Notes: generated by a model from the letters alone, not told the origin. A stretch of 64,000 nt of DNA from Eledone cirrhosa (GCA_964016885.1 OZ024742.1:135408001-135472000); one strand, 5' to 3'; positions 1 to 19,765 are shown, counted from the stretch's first letter. Translations and numbers: made by a program.

Positions 1-42
1 GGAAAGTCCGTTGGATTGAATATCAAGCCACTACCTGCAGCC

Positions 43-3000
43 TCAGATATTCAGGACGTATCGGAGGGTTCTTGCCGTTCCAAGCAAGCATGCCTTTTGA
101 AGCGTTCCAAAAAGCGTGAAGGGGCCGATTTTCTTTAACCATCCCTGGAAACCTTTGGAGATAGTCCCCAGTGCGCCTATGACAATCGGGATCACTTTGA
201 CTTCATGGCAGTTCCAAATCCTTTTCACCTCCCACTTTAGGTCCTGGTATCGGTTAATTTTCTCCCTCTCCATCTCTTGCACTCTCGTGTCGAACGGGCA
301 GGCCACATCCACAATCAGGCACGATCTTTTTTCTTTGTCCACAACCACCAGGTCAGGTCTATTGTGTTCCAGTTTTTTGTCCGTCTGTATCCTAAAATCC
401 CACAGCACCTTCACCTGACTGTTCTCCATCACCGCCTCTGGCCTATGCTCATACCATTTCTCAGAATGTGGTAGATTGTTTACTTTGCACAGGTGCCAGT
501 GGATCACCCTGCCCATCACATCGTGTCTCCAGCCCTTATAGTGGGTCTGGGCTAGGTGTTTACACTCGGACACAATGTGAGCCACAGTCTCCTCTCTCTC
601 TCCACAGATCCTGCACAGTGGGCTAGCCTCCTCCTTGTAGATATGGTGCTTCAACCACTTCGTTTTGAGGGCCTGCTCCTGCGCAGCCATTAGCATTCCT
701 TCTGTAGCCTTTTTGAGGTCTCCTCTTCTCAACCAGTTCCATGTCTGTGGATCTCTAAATTCAGTTTTCTCAAAGAAGGTACTATGAAGGGATTTTCCCT
801 TAAGGCTGCTCTTCCTCCTTGATGTTATTTCCTCCTTGGGTATCCCCTGGCCTACTGTCCCCTCCTTCAGTACAGCTCTGAGCATTGGCTCCTTACTATA
901 GGTCACGTATTTGTATAGGTTGTTTTTCTCCATCTGAACACAGTCCTCTATGCTGATAAGACCTCTTCCACCCTCAGATCTCCTTAGGTAGAGTCTATCG
1001 ACATCACTCCTCTTGTGGAACATGTTGTAGATAGTCAATAGCTTTCTAGTCTTCCTATCCATTTCTTTTTGTTCAGCAACATTCCATCTCAGAATTCCCG
1101 CACTGTACCTAATAATAGACACAGCTCGGGAATTTACTGCGCTTATGGCATTTCTGCTGTTCAGATGTGACTTCAATACGCTCCTTACTCTCCGAATGTA
1201 TTCAGTTCTTAACAATTCCTTCATTTTTTTGTTCTTTATGCCATCAGCCTCCAGAACGCCCAAATACTTGTATCCTTCCTCAGAGTCAATTTCCTTTATC
1301 ATCTCACCTGTTGGTATCTGGATCCCGTTACTTCTGCTCAACCTACCCCTCCTCATCACAATGACTCCACATTTACCAATACCAAACTGCATACATATAT
1401 CACTGCTGAAAATACGGACAGTGTCAACAAGCACATCCAACTCCTTCTCACTTTTCCCGAAGAGCTTAAGATCGTCCATGAAGAGGAGGTGATTGATGGT
1501 AAGCTCTCCCCTTCCCAACTTGTATCCTGCTCTCACTTTTCGCAGCATAATGGTCAAGGGCATCAGGGCAAGGACAAACAACAGAGGGGACAGGCTATCT
1601 CCCTGGAAGATACCTCTCTTGATCTTCACGCTTCCCAAGGATACTCCAGTTGATGTCAACTCTGTCTCCCAGGACCCCATACTCCTGCCCAGCAACTGTC
1701 TGATGTTATCTGCCACCCTGAAGATCTCCAGGCTTTTGGTGATCCAGGAATGAGGCACCATGTCAAATGCCTTTCTGTAGTCTATCCATCCCATGGCAAG
1801 ATCAGTGTGTCTCCTCCTGCAATTCCCCATTACCATCTTATCAATAAGCAACTGGTCCTTTGTACCACGTGACTTCTTTCGGCATCCTTTCTGTTCGTCC
1901 GGCAACAAGTTGTTTGTGTGGAGGTGATGGTAGATTTCCTCAGACACAATGCTCGTCAACAGTTTCCACATTACGGGCAGACATGTGATAGGTCTATAGT
2001 TGGTAACATCATTACCCTTGATTCGGTCTTTCATTATCAGAACTGTGGTACCTTTTGTCAACCACTCTGGCACCTCACCCGACACCAAGCAGTCATTGAA
2101 CATGGCCGTCAGCTTCGGGTGGAGGGATGTTAAATGTTTAATCCAATACCCCTGCACACCATCTGGGCCTGGTGATTTCCAGTTGGTTAGTTTTTTGGCT
2201 TGCCCCTTAAGAGTTTCAACTGTGATACTCAAATCAGTCTGTTGCTGTGCCTGCTCACCGATCTCCCTCTGTACTGTCTCAATCCACCCTGCCTGGGCAT
2301 TGTGTCTAACATCCTGCTCCCATATTCCTCTCCAGAATGTTTTAGCTTGTTCCGCCCCAGGGATCAAGTCGGTGCCTCTTTCTTTCCCCTCAAGCTGTCC
2401 AAACAGCATCTTCTGGTTGTTGTCGAACATGCGGTTCTGTTTATACTGACTGACTCTGTTCTCGTATCGCCTGATTTTGGCACTCTTTGCTACAATGCGT
2501 TGCTTCAATTCCTCTATGATAATATTTAGCTTTTTACTCCTAGTTTTGTATTTTATTTCCAGTCTATTTTTAGTGCCTATGTTTTTTAGTGTCCCATTCA
2601 GTAGTGACTCAAGCTTTCCTATGTCATTTCTCATTTCCCCGATTTGCCCACTCAGTCGCTTCTTCCACCACGGCTCTGCTCTTTCTTGTCTGTTGTTTCC
2701 TCTCGCTTTTATACCAAGTAGTTTCCTCACCGTATTTGCTGTTGCTTTGAGGATATTGTTGCACTGGTGAAGACTCCTCGCCTCAAGGTATGGGATGACT
2801 TTGTTTACCTTAGCTGTTGTTTCTTTTAACTTTTTCCTGTCTACAAATCTTAGGTTCATAGGTCTCCCACTATCATTGTTCAACTCATCTACCACTAAAT
2901 TTAGGATGTCAACCGAATCTTGTCCTAGCCCGTCAGCATTCATCTCCTCAGTGGCCGTATCTCTGTTCCAGGTATTATTTATCTCAGTATTCAGATCATT

Positions 3001-3435
3001 GTCTGCTTCGGGTGGTTCCTCCGCTCTCAGGACCTCCTCACCTTCATTTCCCGCCGGCTCGCTTGTCTGGCATACTACCACCGCCATCTCCAAGCCATTC
3101 TCTCTGCTCAGTTCCTCCAGTTCCAGCTCGCTTATCCACCCATTAGTTCTTATTACCCGAGCCTGCCCGGCCAATTTTTGTTCATCTAATTTAAATAAAC
3201 CAATCTCGTTCCAGATGTTATGCATCCGTCTCCTGTAGCCCCTCTCCTTGGGGTTACTTTTCAGGTAGCATTGCATAACAGTTCTATTCAATTCTTTCGT
3301 CCAGTTGGTTCTGGCCCCTTTCCTTCTTCTTCTTCCTCCAACATCAGCAGTATTTCGTTGACAGTCAGGTTCCTGCTGCTGAGCCAGGGGGCACCTGTTG
3401 GGTGAGAGTCTGTCACATGACGTTCTAGTCTCCAT
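43..3435 (-). CDS. R4/Dong-like non-LTR retrotransposon ORF (RT + CCHC + restriction-like endonuclease), uninterrupted 1130 aa
   Basis: RT motifs KSPGPDG, NYRPITCL, WIDYRKAFDMV, GIFQGDSLSPLLF, LFMDD; CCHC CRICGEREETVAHIVSEC; RLE motifs RHD, RPDLVVVD, IVDVACP, KINRY. Confidence 0.93.
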   Translation of the reverse strand: METRTSCDRLSPNRCPLAQQQEPDCQRNTADVGGRRRRKGARTNWTKELNRTVMQCYLKSNPKERGYRRRMHNIWNEIGLFKLDEQKLAGQARVIRTNGWISELELEELSRENGLEMAVVVCQTSEPAGNEGEEVLRAEEPPEADNDLNTEINNTWNRDTATEEMNADGLGQDSVDILNLVVDELNNDSGRPMNLRFVDRKKLKETTAKVNKVIPYLEARSLHQCNNILKATANTVRKLLGIKARGNNRQERAEPWWKKRLSGQIGEMRNDIGKLESLLNGTLKNIGTKNRLEIKYKTRSKKLNIIIEELKQRIVAKSAKIRRYENRVSQYKQNRMFDNNQKMLFGQLEGKERGTDLIPGAEQAKTFWRGIWEQDVRHNAQAGWIETVQREIGEQAQQQTDLSITVETLKGQAKKLTNWKSPGPDGVQGYWIKHLTSLHPKLTAMFNDCLVSGEVPEWLTKGTTVLIMKDRIKGNDVTNYRPITCLPVMWKLLTSIVSEEIYHHLHTNNLLPDEQKGCRKKSRGTKDQLLIDKMVMGNCRRRHTDLAMGWIDYRKAFDMVPHSWITKSLEIFRVADNIRQLLGRSMGSWETELTSTGVSLGSVKIKRGIFQGDSLSPLLFVLALMPLTIMLRKVRAGYKLGRGELTINHLLFMDDLKLFGKSEKELDVLVDTVRIFSSDICMQFGIGKCGVIVMRRGRLSRSNGIQIPTGEMIKEIDSEEGYKYLGVLEADGIKNKKMKELLRTEYIRRVRSVLKSHLNSRNAISAVNSRAVSIIRYSAGILRWNVAEQKEMDRKTRKLLTIYNMFHKRSDVDRLYLRRSEGGRGLISIEDCVQMEKNNLYKYVTYSKEPMLRAVLKEGTVGQGIPKEEITSRRKSSLKGKSLHSTFFEKTEFRDPQTWNWLRRGDLKKATEGMLMAAQEQALKTKWLKHHIYKEEASPLCRICGEREETVAHIVSECKHLAQTHYKGWRHDVMGRVIHWHLCKVNNLPHSEKWYEHRPEAVMENSQVKVLWDFRIQTDKKLEHNRPDLVVVDKEKRSCLIVDVACPFDTRVQEMEREKINRYQDLKWEVKRIWNCHEVKVIPIVIGALGTISKGFQGWLKKIGPFTLFGTLQKACLLGTARTLRYVLNI

Positions 3436-3882
3436 TTCACCGTTATTCGAACTGTTTATGTTCGATATTTAAACACTCTTATCGAGGATTGGCGAATGTA
3501 TGTTTACATAGCCATCTGTGGATCCGCCATCCCACTTGGCCCTTGTGTGGCATTATCACCACGCTGTATACGGACACACATAAACAAACAAACACACGGG
3601 CAGAAAGGGCCCCAAAAATGAATAAGCATAAGTTTCATTGTAATGTAGTATTCGAATGTCTGACTTAGTTTTTGTTTTTTAAGTTTTACTTTTTCCCCCC
3701 TCTTCTCTGTCCGTCCGCCTGCTTCTCTCTTCATTCTTATTTTCTTTACGTTTTTGGGGTTTCTTTTTTTGTTTTTGTTTTTCTCTGTTTTTCTCGTTTT
3801 TTACTGTTGTTGCTGTGCTGCTTTTGTTGTTTGTTTTTTCTTTTTTCTTTTGAGTCTATCTATATATTTTGATGCCTTCCTC

Positions 3883-3883
<1 letters not shown>

Positions 3884-3933
<50 letters not shown>
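3884..3933. repeat. (ATT)n microsatellite
   Basis: Direct reading; lies upstream of the R4/Dong ORF and abuts the Tx1-like fragment. Confidence 0.95.
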
Positions 3934-5387
3934 GCTGACTTGTGGAGCTATGTCGAACAGTTGCTGTCACGTGTGGGACTGATCCGGTTGTCGACTGAGT
4001 CCATTGTGTAGATGGTCTCGCCGTCTTCCTTTGAGGAGGGAGGGCAGGCGGTTTTCATCTGCCTGGTGGGAATGACGAAAGAGATTTTGTGGTGGACATG
4101 GTTAAAAAGATTAAAGACAAACACTTTCCTCTTCGGCGAATCCCTAATTAACTTTTTCAAGTTTCACTTGAAGAGGATAATCAGGGTGGAGAGGCAAGTG
4201 CTGCTTTCTAGCAAGTTTGTTGAAAGGTGGGTGAATGTAGCGAGAATGGTCCGAGGGAACGGGACCACTCTGAATATACGTCTGTAGTTTGAGAAATGGA
4301 AAAATTGAGAGAGGGCGCTTGCCCTGGTAGTCAGGGTGGCCATGGTCTTTTGTGTGGTTTTCGCCACGAGTAACCCTCGGAGGTTTCCCCGCTATTGGGG
4401 AATTTTTCATTGTTTCAATTTTCATTTTATTGTTTACTAGCAGTAAAGCCCGGCGTTGCTCGGGGTCGCTCAGTAGCTGTGTTAAAGTTACAATGTTAAG
4501 TTTCTTTTTTGGCTTAAAAACTGTAGTGTCTACTGTGCAGACTTGCATGTGGTGTTTTTGATTAATATTCCCTCAACCAACAATATGCCTTATGAAGTTA
4601 AGAAAACATAACGATAACCCGAATGTTATAACAAAAGAGGATGCTGGGGATAAAAACTGCACTGGTTATTTATTAACAAAGATCGAAAATGTAAACACTG
4701 CAACGCAGAGAAAAACATTAGCGTAACCAAATTATCAGTTATGTCTGTCTGCACGCCTATATCACCTCTCTGCACGACTGTCTGTCTGCACGCCTGAAAT
4801 ATTTGCTTGTTTTACGTAGTCTTTAAATAGACTTGTTTTCAAGTAAAAATATTGTTTTAAAATGCTTTTAAATGGAAATGAAGCAAAACGGAAGCTTAGT
4901 GTTCGAACTGATGAATTTTGCAGGTCAATATTTTGCTGGCTCGACAGCTGTTCGTGTATTGTGTTAATGTCATTTTAAACGCTGAGAAAGCCAGCGTAAT
5001 TTTTTACGTAAGACGCTCAATGTAAACAGAACAAAGGGAAATAACTGATAACTTACGCTCAAAAATCGATACATTATATTCGATTTCGTCACATAGGGTG
5101 GGTCAATTTGAAATATCTTTTTCCGATGTCTTCGCTAGGGCTCAATGTACAAGTATAGCAATTTCGGTGCAATTCCGTGAGAGATTCTAAGAGGAGATGT
5201 GTGCCAAAAATCGATAGACAGACAGACAACCACAGTTTTATATATATAGATATATATATATGTTTTATGTCTTTTTTCTTTTCTTATATAAATAATAAAA
5301 ATATTTACACGCACAAAACCCACATCGTACCGTCCTATTCCGTCTGTGATGTTTTCTTGATGTCAGCCCTTGTGGCCAATAAAGAAA

Positions 5388-5390
<3 letters not shown>
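3934..5390 (+). mobile_element. 5'-truncated Tx1/L1-clade LINE 3' end, interrupted by a Helitron
   Basis: Peptide PSSFEEGGQAVFICLV matches PSFDQEGQAMFLCLV of the 39-42 kb element; 3' end gcccttgtggccaataaa (about 5366-5383) is shared with the copies at 38.9 and 39.4 kb; (ATT)n on both sides. Confidence 0.75.
4437..5250 (-). mobile_element. Non-autonomous Helitron-type element
   Basis: Minus strand starts A|TCTATATATATAAAA..gtctgtc and ends with hairpin cccgagcaacgccggg then CTAG|T; inserted between A and T. Confidence 0.75.
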
Positions 5391-5608
<218 letters not shown>

Positions 5609-5689
5609 AAGGGGAGGATTGAAAGATAGAGCGGATGAAAGAGACATATATATAAAAAGAAGTGAGAGTGAGATTGAGAGAGAGATCTA

Positions 5690-6800
5690 ACAGTTTTGAT
5701 TGTAATGTGATATTTTGGCAAACAATCATTTTGGATTGTTTGCTAATGCTCCAAAATAATTACATCAATGGTGAGGAGGTGGAAGCTAGACAATCTGTAG
5801 CAGCGAACATTCCTTTGAACATTTTAAAAGCTCGAGAATCGATTTAGAATATTAAAATAGATAAACACAAAAATCATATAACAAACAAACCAACACATTT
5901 ATAAGCAGTCACAATTTGACAATTGAAAATGCAAACTTATGGCATTAACAAAAACTTCGAAAGTACCTCCTCTAAGTCATCTTCAGCTCGTATACCAAGC
6001 GAATAAAGAGGAGTCATCATCACTCATATTTTACAAAGGATGTCTGAGTAATTTATTCAGGAAAGTGCAAGGATATAATACAATGAATCCTGTTCCTTCT
6101 ATTTTTTTTCAAAACACTGCGAGGTCTTACACCTGGCCACGAAAAGGATGGAGAAGCTGTTTGATATGTAGCACGACATGTACTATATCAAGCAGATGAT
6201 GGCATATGTTCTAGTTATATGTTTAAAGACTTGCGCTGCAATGCGAGGGTAACAAAATTAAATGTATCATGTAAAGATATATTGTTCGTGGAAGTATTGA
6301 CCGTTGAAATGTCACCTTCACAGCGTACTACATGCAGGCATTCCTTCAGAATTGAATCTAGTCTGTATGAACATACAAATGCCAAAATTTGATGATTATA
6401 CTGGAGTTGTACATCGGATTGGTAGTATACAATAGAAGGCTGTGTTTCTACTTGTGAGGTAGTACAAATCATACACGAAAAGAGGAGGAATAGTATAGTA
6501 GATAGCACCACAATCAAAAGCAACAACAAATGTGGGTTCTTGCAGTAGAAAACAGAGATACTGCTACTGATTCTTCCAGGAAATTATCCACAAGTTGCAG
6601 GTTCTGAAATATCCAGAATAGAAACACATACCTCGTATCATCCATTGTACGGACACCAGGTCCCGACGATAAAACATTTCCTTGTCACGTACAGGACAGA
6701 TTATTTGAGAACGCACACAACGTTGATAGGGAAGAGATGTGGAATGCTGGGTAACTTCAGAAGATATTGACAACGTACTGTCACAGCTGCAAGTTGCTTA
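5690..6800 (-). pseudogene. Decayed Toll-like receptor-like remnant (LRR, LRRCT, TIR)
   Basis: Broken-frame peptides FQNLQLVDNFLE, HPFRGQV*DL..LYPCTFLNKLLRHPL, AEDDLEEVLSKFL, IDVIILEH..NDCLPKY in TLR domain order. Confidence 0.45.
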
Positions 6801-6849
6801 ATAGTTGTCATCAAAAATGTGACGCGCACACTATAATATCAACAGATAC

Positions 6850-9830
<2,981 letters not shown>

Positions 9831-9852
9831 GCACCCACACAATCACATATAT

Positions 9853-9891
<39 letters not shown>

Positions 9892-10212
9892 ACGTTTGGA
9901 GTTCGAAGGCCAGAACAATGCAGGTATGGATATAGAATATTAATATAAATGCAAAGACATTGCTGACAATTAATCTTTTAAATTAAATTTATTTGAATAT
10001 CCTTAAGTTTCGAGATAATATCTCTTATTCGGAGCGAAGTAAAGGGGTTAATCCAGTGTTCTAATTAGCTTGCCAAGTCATGCTGACAGAAAATAGTATA
10101 GAAATTCCATTCTATATCTTATGTCAAATAGTGAAGGTGAGGTGGATAAAGGGGTTGTCTCCTGTTTGGACATGGTTATCTAATTGTGTGTGGGAGAATA
10201 CGTGAAGGTGTA

Positions 10213-10266
<54 letters not shown>

Positions 10267-11095
10267 CGTGAGAGGATGTTTATATGTAAATGTAGGTGCT
10301 AGATGCTCTATCATGTTAAAACTGGTCTATGTCTGTGTATGTGTGCGTGTGTGAGAGAATAAGTGAAGGTATAAGCGTGCGTGTGTGTGTGAGATGGTGC
10401 GTGGTGGTGTAAGTGTGGGGCTACGTGCTCTTTCATGTTAAACATTGGGTGTTGAATTCTAGTCTGTTATTGATTGGTGGTCGTGTTTTGTCTATAATTA
10501 GTGCTTCTTTAATTCTCAGATTGCCGAGGTTTCTTTCCTTAGTTTCTATCCTAACTGTTATGTTTTTGTCGGTGTTTTTGCATTTCACTAGGTGTTTCTT
10601 AAATGAGGGAACGTTAGTATTGAGGTGTTCTTTTATTATAATGTGAAGTCGTCTGATGGTGCTACCTACGTAGAAGTTGCTGCATTTGTTGCACTCTAAT
10701 CTGTATACGACGTAAGCGTAGTGGCATAGGTCTGTGTCATCGATGGGGCAGTTGTCTAGCCTGCAGCAGTTGTCATGTCTGGTAGAGTGTCTTTTGGTTA
10801 GCTGTCCGCGTAGAGAAGGTCCTGAGTGGGCTAGCTGATATCTAGTCTCTCTCGTCTGATATCTCTGGGGATAGCTGTTGTTGAGCTTCAGGAAGCAGGT
10901 GTTAATGCCTCGGGTGTGGTGTCCTCTGTTGTTTATGGTACGGTTTGCGGTGGACGTCGGGTATCCGTTCAGTTTAAGTACTTCCAGGAATTGTGTGGTG
11001 TGTGTGTCCCGGTCTCTTGCGTAGGTGCATTTGTTCTGGATACGTGTAGTTCGTTCCTTGTGTATCCGAACTTAGTTCTGACTGAGAGGGCTGAC
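9892..11095 (-). mobile_element. Penelope-like element 3' fragment (GIY-YIG, stop near 10433) with a decayed hammerhead at about 10002-10032
   Basis: CCRLDNCP..LCHYAYVVYRLECNKCSNFYVGSTIRRLH..KEALII..PINNRLE; CCGAATA-AGAGATattATCTC-GAAA-CTTAAG. Confidence 0.8.
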
Positions 11096-11149
11096 ACATT
11101 CATACATACATACAATCTTACACATATGTCCCTTTGATATTTGCATTAG

Positions 11150-15000
<3,851 letters not shown>

Positions 15001-15200
15001 CTTCCATTAATTTAGTGGAATATTAATGATATATAAATGCATCTGTTCACACATAAATACAAACATGTGACAGATAGATACTTATACAGATAGGTGAAAA
15101 TATAGATAGGATAGATAAATAGATAGATACAGAGATACAGAGAGAGAGAGATGTATATATACATATATGTATATATGCATATATATGTATGCGTATATGT

Positions 15201-15268
<68 letters not shown>

Positions 15269-15778
15269 ATACTTGGGGAGGGTCATATTTGTGTAATATT
15301 GCCAGAATTAATAACAGAATACACTCACTGTTTGGTTGATTTTCGCTTTTCGCTTCTGTGTCTTTTATATCGGTAATCTAATTTATTCGGTCCTCAATGT
15401 TGCCATTGACTGACCTACGGTCAAAAATCATACAGATACAATATAGACACAAACACATATATATAGTTTATCAAAGTTCTTTCGTTGCACATCTGCAACA
15501 TCGTCAGTGGTGCTATTGTTTCCTCCGTTACATTGTATGTCTACGCCATTTTTATTTAGTCTGTCTACATATTTATTTATTTATTTGTTTGTTTATTTTA
15601 TTTTGTCTTCTTTGAGCATGCGTTTGCGTGTGTGTATAGTGTTTTGTTTGATGTGTGTTCGCGATTGGGTGACTGTGTATCGGTTAATGTAGTCTATCTT
15701 TACTAGTGTGTGTTTATATGTGTTAGTTGTTATTGTGCTTGTGTTTGTATTTATTTATTTATTTATCTATTTATTTAT

Positions 15779-16291
15779 TTATATATCTCTTAGGTCAGTG
15801 TTGTTTGTTTGGGTGTTGTTATTCCATTCATTCTTTCTGTTTAGTCTTGGCCTTCTAAGTTCTATTTCACTGGCCTCTCTGATTTGATTATCTGCTGATT
15901 CATTTCTATGTTTAGATATTATTCTAATTTCTATGTTGTCTATGTTACCGTCGTGTTGTTGTCTGGCATGTTCGTATAGTACTGACCCGTTTTTTCGTCC
16001 CTTTAGTTGCCCCCAGTGTTGGTCTATCCTTTCACCTATGCTACGAGCTGTCACGCCTATGTATGTTGTTGTCATGTTTCTGCAAGTACCCTCTGTACAT
16101 CTTATGCTATAGACTACGTTTCTAGTTTTACAGTTTATCCGGGGGTGTACCTTACATATGATACATATCCTATTAGTACAGTGGGTTTTCTTAAAAGGGT
16201 AGGTTTTGCTGATCAGGGATTTTATGGTGGTTCCAGGCTTTTCTACCACCTTAATCTTGAAGTGGGTCTTTCTCAGAGCCTTTCTCAGGGC

Positions 16292-16295
<4 letters not shown>
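15779..16295 (-). mobile_element. Penelope-like GIY-YIG endonuclease C-terminus, 5'-truncated at (TA)n; non-coding tail runs to about 15265
   Basis: CTNRICIIC..CKTRNVVYSIRC..YIGVTARSIGERIDQH..EASEI..LNRKNEW. Confidence 0.85.
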
Positions 16296-16341
<46 letters not shown>

Positions 16342-16459
16342 CAATTGGAAAGACCAATGGAAACACTGTTTCCTCGGTCCGATTTGAGGAAAGTCGACCG
16401 TTAGGAATATATAAATATATATAAATATTACATGTATATATTTATGTTTATTATATATA

Positions 16460-16557
<98 letters not shown>

Positions 16558-16786
16558 ATAAATATATATATAGAGAGAGAGAGAGAGAAAGAGGGGGGAG
16601 ATTGGGAGAGGGGGAGAGAGGGAATGTGAGAGAGAGTGAGAGAGTGAGAGAGTGAGAGAGTGAGAGAGAGGAAGAAAGAATGAGAGAGAGGAAAAAAGAG
16701 AAAGAGAGAGAAAAAGAGAGAGAGAGAGAGAGGGAGAGAGAGAGAGGGGGGGAGAGAGAGAGGGAGAGAGAGGGAGAGAGAGTGGT

Positions 16787-16829
<43 letters not shown>

Positions 16830-17072
16830 TGGAGAGAGAGATCCATACGTATCATTTACAGTCTCGTTGCCAAAGGCCAGGAATGGAAGGGGAAGGAAAT
16901 GTAGTGCAACATCTCAATGAGGAATCTAAAAATTAGCGCAGAATTCGCCAGAAGCTTACCCTGAAAATATAACGCAAACAAATGTGTATATATCTATGTA
17001 TATATTATGTGGAATTGTCACTCTCTCTCTCTTACTCTCTCTTTCTCTCTCTCTCTCTCTTTCTCTCTCTTA

Positions 17073-17147
<75 letters not shown>

Positions 17148-17678
17148 TGTAATAAACAACATAAGATAATTATTTCATTTACCAGTGGTTTCTTGAAAGC
17201 AAACAAATCTGCTTTAAGTCATCAGAATGAAAATCCTGAATGTGGATTTGAAAACAAAAATATAAGGAATATGAAAGAGAGGCTGAAGGAAGAAAAAAAA
17301 AGATAATAAATATATAAGTATATAAACACACACACACACATTCATATATATTTATATGTATATATACACATAAATATACATTCACATACACATAAATACA
17401 CAAACACACACATATATATATACATATATATACATATATATATATAAAATTATATAAAAAATATATAAAAATAATTAAATGACCATGTGCAGTCACATCA
17501 CCATACGAAGACAAAATACGTATACAAGAAATCAATATATAAAAGTAAAAAATAAAGTCGAATGAAAAAAAAAAAATAAATAAATAAAAAAAAAAAAATT
17601 ACCAAGTTGATAGCGATACGAAAGAGGAAAAAAACATAAATAAAAATAAATAAGCAAACACACGTGGTAAGCAAAAGC

Positions 17679-17770
<92 letters not shown>

Positions 17771-18200
17771 CATACATAACCAAATATACACACGCATACA
17801 CATACACATACGTAGAAATATATACACAGAAGTTTATATACAATACAAACATATACACAGATAAGTATATACATACAAATACATATACACGCACATATAT
17901 ATACAAACACAAACGCATATATACAAACATATACATACTGACATACATACACACTCGTACGCGCGCATATAATCACAACCGCACGTATAGGTACATATAT
18001 ACAAATGTAGGTTCATATACATATATCAGAAAATATATAAATATAAAAATATATAAATAAATACATTCACACACGCATATACATAAGAAAAAATACATAC
18101 AACCACATACACACACATATATATATAAATAAATACTTATACATAAAAAATATACATACATACATACGCATATATACAGAAACATACGCACGCATATATA

Positions 18201-18253
<53 letters not shown>

Positions 18254-18423
18254 GGTGGCTGCCAACTCGTTTTCGAGTACGGCCACTACTTTATATCCAT
18301 GTAGGAGAACCCATACCAATGCGCTGAACGAGTGTGACTTTTTAGTCCAGCCAGCGACTTGAAAACGCTGGTACAAACACTACACCTGTGACAATTATTG
18401 AGACATAGTGCTGGGCCCATGGG
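18254..18423 (-). mobile_element. RTE-like LINE 3' end with C2H2 finger
   Basis: CSVCTSVFKSLAGLKSHTRSAH; homologous to 48270-48438 (+). Confidence 0.6.
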
Positions 18424-19765
18424 TATACATATAGGTATACAGACGTACAGTAGTATGTATATATATATACATACATGCACACACATATATATGTACGTAT
18501 GGATTCACCGAACATTTATTATAATGCTCGGTGTGTTTGTAAACAAACATCTCGAATTAAGCCGTACAGTGTCTACCAACCATCGTTGCTCATTTGTTCA
18601 ACACTGACAAAGGAAAGCTGTACTACTGTCAAGCTTATTAGCTATCGTCAGCAACATATACCTGCCTGCCAGATGGTTGAACGTCTGAAGTATATACTTT
18701 CCTTATGCATATTAACGGCTGAATCCATACGTACATATATATATATATATGTGTGCATGTATGTATATATATATACATACTAATGTACGTCTGTATACAT
18801 GTATGTATGTACGTATAAATACATATATCTAAGTAACAGCCGTACTGACAGTGAGAAATGAAATTTCGTTTCATTTTTTCCGGTTATCGTTTTCGGTACC
18901 CCGGCCGATTAACTCACTCGATATGCAAATTAGGCTGCTCAGCCTAATTTGCATATCGAGTTTGCATATGCATAAGGAAGGTATATACTTTCAAACGTTC
19001 AACCATCTGGCAGGAAGGTATACGTTGCTGACCATAGCTAATAAGCTTGAAACTTGTACAGCGTTCCTTTGTCAGTGTGGAACATATGAGCAACAATGGT
19101 TGCTAGACACTGTACGGCTTAATTCGGGATGTTTGTTTACAAACACACCGACCATTATAATAAATGTTCGGTGAATCCATACGTACATATATATATGTGT
19201 GCATGTATGTATATATATATACATACTACTGTACGTCTGTATACATATATGTATGTACGTATACATACTTATATTTAAGTAACAGCCGTACTAAGAGTGA
19301 GAAATAAAAATTCGTTTCATTTTTTCCGTTTATCGTTTTCGGTACCCCGGCCCGATTAACTCACTCGATATACAATTTTGGTTGCTCAGCCGTTAATATG
19401 CATAAGGAAAGTATATACTTTCACGCGTTCAACCATCTGGCTGGAAGGTATATGTTGCTGACGATAGCTAATAAGCTTGAAACTAGTTCAGCGTTCCTTT
19501 GTCAGTGTTGAACAAAGGAGCAACGATGGTTGCTAGACACTGTACGGCTTAATTCGGGATGTTTGTTTACAAACACACTGAGCATTATAATAAATGTTCG
19601 GTGAATCCATACGTACATATATACATATATGTGTGCAAGTATGTATTTATATATACATACTACTGTACGTATATATACATATATGTATGTACGTATACGT
19701 ACTTATATTTAAGTAACAGCCGTACTAAGAGTGAGAAATGAAATTTCGTTTCATTTTTTCCGTTT
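18424..19765 (+). mobile_element. Retrozyme-like tandem array (about 430-450 bp unit, about 2.4 direct copies) plus an inverted partial copy at 18424-18722
   Basis: Repeated blocks such as gtgagaaat..ttcgtttcattttttcc and ttttcggtaccccgg; one hammerhead motif per unit; ends in (TA)n. Confidence 0.8.
19453..19493 (+). ncRNA. Minimal type I hammerhead ribozyme; sister copies at 19024-19063 (+) and 18617-18656 (-) carry core mutations
   Basis: tgttg-CTGACGA-tAGCTaataAGCTt-GAAA-CTAG-TT-cagcg; stem III palindrome ACTAGT. Confidence 0.8.

Noticed and set aside
116-3405. Plus-strand ORFs overlapping the R4 element (and those at 28.1-29.7 kb)
   Set aside because: Antisense shadows of retroelement ORFs, with no motifs of their own.
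3500-3615. HDV-like ribozyme in the R4 leader
   Set aside because: A P1-like helix is present, but the P3/L3 spacing and the GG of P1.1 do not fit.
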